Origin: Rhodothermaceae bacterium
GTDB lineage: Bacteria; Bacteroidota; Rhodothermia; Rhodothermales; Bin80
DNA: 64,000 nt
Direction of reading: 5' to 3'
Assembly (NCBI GenBank): GCA_009841335.1
Contig: VXLY01000082.1
Location: forward strand, 86,380 to 150,379
Shown here: positions 57,225-64,000 of the stretch, in pieces
Position numbering within the stretch: position 1 is the stretch's first letter
Layout of the letters: the number at the start of each line of letters is the position of its first letter
Made by a program: the position numbers and the translations under genes
The notes under the pieces: model-generated
Databases searched by the model: none
Seen by the model: the letters and a program-made list of their open reading frames with translations, nothing else
Told to the model about the DNA's origin: nothing

Positions 57225-57576
57225 TCAATTTATTTAACGGCGTTTAACTGCGTACACTTATGCCGGGCGCGCACTAACGCTAACCCAATTTCTACTCACC
57301 GTAGACACACCTAAGTCGCCTACTGGCAATTAAGGTCAGCGAATCGGGCCGGAGTGAATGGGTATCAATACAACTATTGCTGAGCGCCACCAAGATCAGA
57401 AGTTCCGCGCCACAATAGACGATCTCCATACTAGTTACTTTGCCTCCTCACGTAATCTACTACGAATCGCTTGCACATCAACAAACCAATTGGCAGAATT
57501 CTACCTCATCACCACTCCATACTCTGCATCGTATCGACCTGATTGATGCCTTACCGCATATTATTTGCCCCCCTTC

Positions 57577-59172
57577 CTATGATAATGTCAGCAGCTGGTG
57601 CTGTGAGGTCAACTCGATATCCAGCCCCGAACGCACTTGATCCAGAAAATCCTCACCATACTTAACCAGATAATAGAGTGCAGGCAATACGCGCTCCTGG
57701 AAACTCCCGTTAGGATACAGCGCCTGTTTACAATATTCAATCTGCGCCCGCGTCTGTTCATGACGACGCTTCTCTGCACGCTCTGCACGCCGTTGCAGTT
57801 TGGACAACTCCTTGCCCCACTGAGCCCGCATCGCCTCCACCGTAGGACGTAAGGTGGCGTCTACATCCGTTACAACTGGTCTCAATCCCTCCACACCCGC
57901 GTCAAGTACGATTGCGGCTCTCTCAAATGCACGTTCGAGTTCTGTCCCCTCAAGTACACGCCTGCGCATGAGTTCAGAGGTCTGATGCCGTAGCTCATCG
58001 ACCTCCAGCTCGTGGCGCTGCATGAGCTTTTCCACACGTGGTTCGATTATCGTCAGGCTCGCCCGCGGAAAAATGACAGGCATTGGGCGCTTCGCCCAAG
58101 TGTACAATGACTTGAACTGGGCGAAATAAGCAATCTCACCTGGGCCAGCTACATAGGCTACTGTCGGGAGCAGCGAGTCCTGTACAAGCGGCCGCATTAC
58201 GACATTAGGACTGAGACTGCAAGGAGGAATGTCCGCAATCCCGTCAAGTGAAATCATATTTCCGGAAAACCGCGCTCTGTAGCCCCTACCTGTCGGGTCC
58301 AGTGCCTCTCGCCCTGAATTACCCAACACAAATACATTCCCTGGATTAACATGAACCTGAGCATGGTAATCCTCTTCAAGTTCTTTACTGGTTGCCTTTA
58401 GTGCAGCATGCGTTGCAGTGTACTCACTCAACTCACGTCTCAGCAGAGGAGCCACTAACTGTTTGAGTCGACAGTCTTCCGGGTTCATAAAAACCATCGA
58501 ACCACTACCTAACAAGGAGGACAGTGTGTGTGCAAACGCATCTGCAAACGTCACCCCTTGACCATAGGCGGCGTAGTGAGTTGCAAATATGTCGTCCCTA
58601 AACGATGTATCTGGTAATGCCTCACGAAGCTCAGCGACCACCCGATCAATATCCTTCCCGAAAACAAGATCTCCAACACTTCCAAGGTTGCCCGCCTCGG
58701 GCTGTTTATAGCCCTCGTACCATATCTGTTTTCCAGGAACGGCGACACCTTTGACTTCATCAAGATCATGATCTGCTCCCTCTATCCAGAAGACCGGTAT
58801 GACTGGACGCGAGAGTTTTCGCGACAGACGCTCCGCCAACCGAATGGTCGTCAGTGCTTTGTAGAGCGTGTATAATGGGCCACCGAATATACCAACCTGC
58901 TGACCGGTTACCACCGCCAGTGAGCGCGGATCACGTAGTTGTGACGCAAGACGGCCATTATTCCAGCCCAGGTTTTGCTCTTCCAGCACATCGACCAACA
59001 CGTTCCGGTCGATAGGGCTGGCTGTCAGGCTCCGGGCAACTGCCTCGTAGCTCCTATCTTCGCGCCAGTCTCCGGTATAATATGGGGCCAATCGGTCGTA
59101 GTCCGTGACATATGTCGCAAAAAGCCGAGACACTCCCTTCGTTCCCGAATAGGGAATTGACTCTTGTATCAT
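57577..59172 (-). CDS. bshC: bacillithiol biosynthesis cysteine-adding enzyme BshC
   Basis: 531 aa. The N-terminal pattern (IPYSGTKGVSRLFATYVTDYDRLAPYY..) and the size match Bacteroidota BshC as I recall it. C-terminal coiled-coil region. Confidence 0.65.
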   Translation of the reverse strand: MIQESIPYSGTKGVSRLFATYVTDYDRLAPYYTGDWREDRSYEAVARSLTASPIDRNVLVDVLEEQNLGWNNGRLASQLRDPRSLAVVTGQQVGIFGGPLYTLYKALTTIRLAERLSRKLSRPVIPVFWIEGADHDLDEVKGVAVPGKQIWYEGYKQPEAGNLGSVGDLVFGKDIDRVVAELREALPDTSFRDDIFATHYAAYGQGVTFADAFAHTLSSLLGSGSMVFMNPEDCRLKQLVAPLLRRELSEYTATHAALKATSKELEEDYHAQVHVNPGNVFVLGNSGREALDPTGRGYRARFSGNMISLDGIADIPPCSLSPNVVMRPLVQDSLLPTVAYVAGPGEIAYFAQFKSLYTWAKRPMPVIFPRASLTIIEPRVEKLMQRHELEVDELRHQTSELMRRRVLEGTELERAFERAAIVLDAGVEGLRPVVTDVDATLRPTVEAMRAQWGKELSKLQRRAERAEKRRHEQTRAQIEYCKQALYPNGSFQERVLPALYYLVKYGEDFLDQVRSGLDIELTSQHQLLTLS

Positions 59173-59208
59173 CTTGACCTGGTAGTCGTTGGCAGGAGTT
59201 CTGGAGCA

Positions 59209-59778
59209 CTACTCGGGCTCTTTGATTCGGGCAAGAGCATCTCGCAAACGTGCAGCTTCTTCATAGTCTTCTTTTTCAATCGCGCGCGCCAGTTGCTGCT
59301 CTAATTGTTTAGTTGGAGATACTCTCTCCTGGGTTTCTTCTTCGTACGCCGGCAATTCCGGCTCTCCTATCGGGATACCGGCTTCCTCGAGCACAGTCTC
59401 CGCTACAAAAATGTCAACATCTAATCGCACAGCAATGGCAACGGCATCACTGGGACGTGAGTCCAACTGATCATAGTTTCCGTCTTGGACGAAGCGGATC
59501 TTAGCATAGAATGTACCATCTTTCAACCCATCAATCACAATATCCTCTACCTGCATTCCAGCCTGCTGTATCAGGCTGCAAAAAAGATCATGTGACATTG
59601 GTCGCGGCGACGTGCGGTTTTCGATACCGAGGATAATCGCGGTAGCTTCATTTTCTCCAACAACTATCGGTAATCTCCGAGGACCATCCATCTCCCCCAA
59701 TACCAATATGAACGCCCCGCCACTGGCTGGGCTGGTCGACAATCCCACGACCTCAACGGCAACCATTTCCCTATTCAT
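59209..59778 (-). CDS. bifunctional nuclease (DUF151) with C-terminal UVR motif
   Basis: LPIVVGENEATAIILGIEN...PRPMSHDL core, and C-terminal QLARAIEKEDYEEAARLRDAL (UvrB/C-type motif). Confidence 0.75.
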   Translation of the reverse strand: MNREMVAVEVVGLSTSPASGGAFILVLGEMDGPRRLPIVVGENEATAIILGIENRTSPRPMSHDLFCSLIQQAGMQVEDIVIDGLKDGTFYAKIRFVQDGNYDQLDSRPSDAVAIAVRLDVDIFVAETVLEEAGIPIGEPELPAYEEETQERVSPTKQLEQQLARAIEKEDYEEAARLRDALARIKEPE

Positions 59779-59816
59779 TATAATGCTTATGGTACATTAC
59801 CGAACGGATGTAGAAC

Positions 59817-60902
59817 CTACAACATTGCGTCTGTCAACGCTTTTAGGAATCTCCTGTTCTCAGCTGGTGCACCCGCACTCACGCGCAAAAAACCTCTAAG
59901 CTCTGGATATCCGCTCATATTGCGCACCAGAACTCCTCTATCAGCCAACGCGCTAAATAATTTCTGCCCGTCGCATGGAGGCCGAAAGGTAACAAAATTC
60001 GCCTGCCCTGCAAGCACCCGCATACCCTCCATCTCCTTCAACGCATCAATCAATCCTTTTGTACCTGAGCGAATTAACTCCACACGATCCTGGATCAACT
60101 GTGAATGATCTAGAAGCAGTTTGGTCACGCAGGCAGTGAATCGATCAATCATGAAAGGAGGTCGAATCTTCATGATTTCACCCATCAGGGCCGGGTGGCC
60201 AATCAAATAACCTAACCGCGAACCCGCCAAGCCGAACGCCTTGGAAAAAGTCCTTAGCAGAATCACATTAGGATAATGACTCAGCAGACTAAGCATACTC
60301 GGTTCGTCTGCAAACTCTATATATGCTTCATCAATCAACACGAGACCCGCTGTGGCATCTGCAATTGCTCTTAGCTCTGCGAGAGGAACCACCAGGCCTG
60401 TAGGATTATTGGGCGAAGTTATAACTACCATGGAAGGACCAGTCTTCTCGATAGCTGCAAGAATACCCTCCGTATCAAATCCGAGGCTTTGTAGAGGTGC
60501 GACAGGAATCACTTCGCCTCCGAAAATATGGACGAACCTCTCATAAAACGAAAACATTGGACGCGGCAATACCACGCTGGTGCGAGTCGCGATAAAGGTC
60601 AGACCCAAGGAATACGTCAATTCGTTGGAACCGTTGCCGATAATTATTCCTTCTGCATCCCAGCCAACGTTGGACGCGATCAATTCCGCAAGATCGTACG
60701 GTTGTTCCGATGGGTAGCGATTAAAGGCAATCTCCTTCCAGCCCGCAAATACAGCGTCCTTCAACGCTTCGGGCAAATCAAAAGGACTTTCGTTCTGGTT
60801 CAGCTTAACCGAAATATCTCCGGTCGGTACACCAACCTTGTAGGGATGTTGTTCGCGAACTTCCGGTCGAACCCTGGCGAGTACTTCACCTAACTTACTC
60901 AT
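59817..60902 (-). CDS. hisC: histidinol-phosphate aminotransferase
   Basis: LNQNESP, GNGSNE, NPNNPTG, and PLP-lysine region TFSKAFGLAGSRLGY. The ATG at 60902 overlaps the hisD stop by 8 nt. Confidence 0.9.
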   Translation of the reverse strand: MSKLGEVLARVRPEVREQHPYKVGVPTGDISVKLNQNESPFDLPEALKDAVFAGWKEIAFNRYPSEQPYDLAELIASNVGWDAEGIIIGNGSNELTYSLGLTFIATRTSVVLPRPMFSFYERFVHIFGGEVIPVAPLQSLGFDTEGILAAIEKTGPSMVVITSPNNPTGLVVPLAELRAIADATAGLVLIDEAYIEFADEPSMLSLLSHYPNVILLRTFSKAFGLAGSRLGYLIGHPALMGEIMKIRPPFMIDRFTACVTKLLLDHSQLIQDRVELIRSGTKGLIDALKEMEGMRVLAGQANFVTFRPPCDGQKLFSALADRGVLVRNMSGYPELRGFLRVSAGAPAENRRFLKALTDAML

Positions 60903-62163
60903 TTGTACTGATCCTAGACTCAGCGCTACGCGCATGTCCCTCTAGTCCTTCACTTCGAGCCATCAGGGCAATATCACTGGCCGTACGTTCCAATCGCTGC
61001 TGACTGTATTTAATTACACTTTGCCGCTTCACAAAATCATCAACCCCCAAGGCGGATGCAAATCTGGCAGTCCCACCCGTTGGCAGGACATGATTAGGCC
61101 CCGCATAGTAATCCCCAACCACCTCGGGAGACCAGGAACCCATAAATACCGCACCCGCATTGTGAACGCGCTCCAGCATTTCCCATGGATCTGCAACCAT
61201 AAGCTCCAGATGCTCTGGGGCGATTCTGTTGACTATGTCAATGGCCTTATCCATAGAATCCGTTACAATCGCCGCGCCATGCTCACGCAAAGCAGCAGCT
61301 GCAATATCTGAACGGGGAAGGTCGACCGACAATTCCTGTAACGCGTCGCAGACCGCTTCTGCAACTTCCATCTCTGGCGAAACTAGTATTGCTGATGCCT
61401 CTGGATCATGTTCAGCCTGCGCAATGAGATCATGGGCGATCCAGTCAGCCCTACCGGTTTGATCAGCCAGGACAACTAACTCGCTCGGCCCGGCGAGACT
61501 GTCAATATTTACGTGACCAAAAACCAGTTTCTTGGCCGCTGTAACATACGCATTGCCCGGCCCCACAATCTTGTCTACGCGGGGGATGGACTCGGTTCCA
61601 AACGCGAGTGCTGCGATAGCCTGCGCACCTCCAACGGCATACACATTCTTTATTTCCAACATGTATGCAGCGGCCATGATTTCTGGGTGAGGCAATCCAG
61701 ATGGCCCAGGTGGACTCGCAAGATGTATGCTCCCTACGCCTGCTACTTGAGCGGGGATTGCCGTCATCAAAACGCTGGACGGGTAGGCAGCGGTGCCACC
61801 CGGGACATACAAACCCGCACGGTCTACTGGTAAAATACGCTGCCCCAAACGCACATCATCCCCATCATCCACATACCAGGATTCCCGCTGCTGTCTCAGA
61901 TGATATCGACGTATGTTATCTGCTGCAGCCTGAAAAACACGCCTCCATGATGGTTTTGAACCCATCCACGCCTCCTCCAGTTTCGAAGCAGGCACACGGA
62001 TTGTGGATAACTGCACACCGTCGAGCTCGCGAGTATACCTGAACAGAGCACGATCCCCGTACTCGGAAACATTCCTGACTATACTGGAAACGACCTTCTC
62101 TACTTCCAGGTGAAGACTAACCGGCTTCCGCTTCCAATCCTCCGCCGCAATCAAAGGGATCAT
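60895..62163 (-). CDS. hisD: histidinol dehydrogenase
   Basis: LYVPGGTAAYPSSVLM, AGPSE, QAEHDP, HLE.., and GDYYAGPNHVLPT. Confidence 0.95.
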   Translation of the reverse strand: MIPLIAAEDWKRKPVSLHLEVEKVVSSIVRNVSEYGDRALFRYTRELDGVQLSTIRVPASKLEEAWMGSKPSWRRVFQAAADNIRRYHLRQQRESWYVDDGDDVRLGQRILPVDRAGLYVPGGTAAYPSSVLMTAIPAQVAGVGSIHLASPPGPSGLPHPEIMAAAYMLEIKNVYAVGGAQAIAALAFGTESIPRVDKIVGPGNAYVTAAKKLVFGHVNIDSLAGPSELVVLADQTGRADWIAHDLIAQAEHDPEASAILVSPEMEVAEAVCDALQELSVDLPRSDIAAAALREHGAAIVTDSMDKAIDIVNRIAPEHLELMVADPWEMLERVHNAGAVFMGSWSPEVVGDYYAGPNHVLPTGGTARFASALGVDDFVKRQSVIKYSQQRLERTASDIALMARSEGLEGHARSAESRISTNE

Positions 62164-62178
62164 GGCCCGGATCTCAGG

Positions 62179-62538
62179 CTATTGATCGTCGTCCCGCGGT
62201 GGGGATTCAAGTGTCGGATAACCATAGAACTCGTAATCCGGCAACCGCTCTGTTCGTACATGCTCCATTGCCGCGTACAACCCCTTGATAAACTTGGCAA
62301 AATCTTCCTTGTAAACGAAGATCTTGTGCTTTTCATGATGGTCACCAACACGCTTGCTCTCCGTGATGACTATGAAATAGTCCTCGCCAGATCGAGTTGT
62401 TTTAACATCGAAAAAGTACGTGCGTCGCCCTGCCCGGACCCGTTTCGAAAAAACCTCATCGCGGTACCTGGACTCCTTGTTACGGCGCGGCTGCACCTCA
62501 TCCCAATGTCCTTTGTCGTCTTTATAATCGTCGTTCAT
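62179..62538 (-). CDS. PUR-alpha-like ssDNA/RNA-binding protein (DUF3276)
   Basis: RAGRRTYFFDVKTTRSGEDYFIVITESKR and HKIFVYKEDFAKFIKGL. Confidence 0.75.
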   Translation of the reverse strand: MNDDYKDDKGHWDEVQPRRNKESRYRDEVFSKRVRAGRRTYFFDVKTTRSGEDYFIVITESKRVGDHHEKHKIFVYKEDFAKFIKGLYAAMEHVRTERLPDYEFYGYPTLESPPRDDDQ

Positions 62539-62579
62539 CGCTGGATCCGCTTTCGCTGATATATAATCGTGATTTTTTC

Positions 62580-63371
62580 CTAAACATGCAACTTGGGAGA
62601 TTGAGCCACGGCGTGAACCAACAACTTCGTCACATTAGCCTGTGCATCTAATGCAGCACGAAGCACTTCTGCATGCCCCAATCTTCCTTTGCTTAATCCA
62701 GAGGCCCTGTTCGTGATGATCGCCACAGCAAATACACGCATACCCAAAGCGGACGCCCACAGCGCCTCTGGGACTAGACTCATTCCAACGGCATTGCCGC
62801 CTCTACGTTCAAAAGCAACTATCTCCGCCGGGGTTTCGTAGCTCGGCCCAATTGTCCATACAAATACCCCGCACGATATCCGCAATCCGTCAGAAGCCGC
62901 AATCACACGTTGCCTCCAGCCTGCATCGTACACAGCCCCCCGCTCAGCATTAGCCTGCAACGGTTGCGCACATAGATGATCTTCAACGAGCATCATGCTC
63001 CCCGGATCCAGATCATCCCGTATTCCGCCTGCCGCACTCACCAATACTATGTTACTGATACCCAATTCTCGGACTAAATGAACCTGGAAGGCAACATTCT
63101 CTTCAGGAATTCCCTCGTAGCAGTGAACACGCCCCTGAATTAACAGAACATCACGCTGGCCCAAGGTACCAGCCGTCACACGTCCAGTATGTCCATCCAC
63201 CGTGGGGAGAACGAACCCTGGAATTTCCGAAGCAGGCATCTCCCAGTAATTTTTATCCAACTGTACATCCAGGCCAGACCCCAAAACGATTGCAACCGAA
63301 GGTTGCCCGCCCCCCAGACAACCAAGAAGCAGACGACTCGCAGATTTAAGTCCAGACTGCGTGGAGTTCAC
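62580..63371 (-). CDS. purine nucleoside phosphorylase (PNP/MTAP trimeric family)
   Basis: AIVLGSGL, VDGHTGRV, LIQGRVHCYEG, GPSYETPAE, and GNAVGMSLVPE. Confidence 0.85.
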   Translation of the reverse strand: MNSTQSGLKSASRLLLGCLGGGQPSVAIVLGSGLDVQLDKNYWEMPASEIPGFVLPTVDGHTGRVTAGTLGQRDVLLIQGRVHCYEGIPEENVAFQVHLVRELGISNIVLVSAAGGIRDDLDPGSMMLVEDHLCAQPLQANAERGAVYDAGWRQRVIAASDGLRISCGVFVWTIGPSYETPAEIVAFERRGGNAVGMSLVPEALWASALGMRVFAVAIITNRASGLSKGRLGHAEVLRAALDAQANVTKLLVHAVAQSPKLHV

Positions 63372-64000
63372 CTTTGGCTCAGCACCTCTAGGGCTATTTC
63401 TTTCGACAATGTATACCCATAACCGCGTCGGATAAGGTAGTCTGCCAACTTTTTCTTTCGCTCTGGTAACGTGCCTTCTACCCTATCCCTGAACTTTTCT
63501 GCTATTTTTCTAGCACTCATGCTGTACATATCTGTACTCGCAGCTGCCGCGACCGCCTCTGAAACATAATCACTAGAGACTCCATCCTCGGTAAGTTCAC
63601 GGCGGATCCTGCCAGGCCCATATCCTTTGTTCTTGAACCGCGCCTCGGCATACTCCACTGCATACCTGCGGTCGTCGATATAACCAAGCTCATAGAGATC
63701 GGCTATTATATCATTCAGTTCATCTTTGGTCAATCCCTTACGGGTTAAACGTTGACGCACTTGGTGCTCGGTCCTCGGAGCATAAGAAAGATACCGCAAC
63801 GCCGCAGAGCGCCCCCGCAAGATCTTTTCACTGCACAGTAAAGTTTGCAAGTCCGATTCTCTGAGCTGTTGACCGATATATAATCCTTCACGCACTGCCA
63901 GATCCGCGTGGACGCCAAACGCAAATTCTCCGTCAATGAAAACCGATGTTCGGGCAGAATTTCGAACCTGCTGTTTCAGTGCTGTTATTTTACCGGGTTT
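63368..64000 (-). CDS. recX: recombination regulator RecX (5' end beyond right edge)
   Basis: ALRYLSYAPRTEHQVRQRL..LGYIDDRRYA..KGYGPGRIRRELTEDGV. The frame stays open upstream of the listed GTG to position 64000 (KPGKITALKQQVRNSARTSVFIDGEFAFGVHADLA, a typical RecX N-terminus), so the gene is truncated by the window. Confidence 0.85.
   Translation of the reverse strand, partial: KPGKITALKQQVRNSARTSVFIDGEFAFGVHADLAVREGLYIGQQLRESDLQTLLCSEKILRGRSAALRYLSYAPRTEHQVRQRLTRKGLTKDELNDIIADLYELGYIDDRRYAVEYAEARFKNKGYGPGRIRRELTEDGVSSDYVSEAVAAAASTDMYSMSARKIAEKFRDRVEGTLPERKKKLADYLIRRGYGYTLSKEIALEVLSQR

Overview
This 64-kb chromosomal window is mostly housekeeping genes. Gene content suggests a Bacteroidota / Rhodothermota-Balneolota-type bacterium: BshC, a CarboxypepD_reg TonB-dependent receptor with DUF4249, DUF3276, a LuxE-like synthetase and a long OstA-like protein. 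This placement is inference only. Core content: two paralogous arylsulfatase + 6-bladed beta-propeller lipoprotein cassettes near each end; an NSS transporter, penicillin acylase, ParA, Maf and FolB; a PfkB/SIS/ROK sugar-kinase cluster; sbcB and dsbD; an rpsF-rpsR-rplI ribosomal cluster in which S6 and S18 form one ORF; prfA, DAHP synthase and lptB/OstA/LptC; tRNA-Gly(GCC); asd; metX-metY behind a clear SAM-I riboswitch; gltBD; a porin; a TonB receptor pair; folD, MscS, Nramp, bshC, hisCD, PNP and recX (partial at the right edge). The accessory part is an island at about 17.5-25.0 kb between the ROK kinase and sbcB. It has three parts. (i) About 1 kb is ORF-free and decayed but strongly stem-forming. 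(ii) A 502-aa PIN + GNAT-like + PUA/ASCH-like fusion protein overlaps a stand-alone ASCH gene. This is my best candidate for an undescribed toxin/defence-type module. (iii) A 4.57-kb IS1595-family element has about 35-bp terminal inverted repeats and a perfect 8-bp target duplication (TAATTTAT). It carries about 3.5 kb of passenger genes: an overlapping two-gene operon with a DUF1828/DUF1829-like protein, small coupled ORFs, a zinc-ribbon membrane gene broken by an in-frame stop, and two lipoproteins. An IS66 transposase remnant lies at the left edge. No CRISPR array or rRNA was seen. All functional calls come from reading motifs in the supplied translations; no database search was run.
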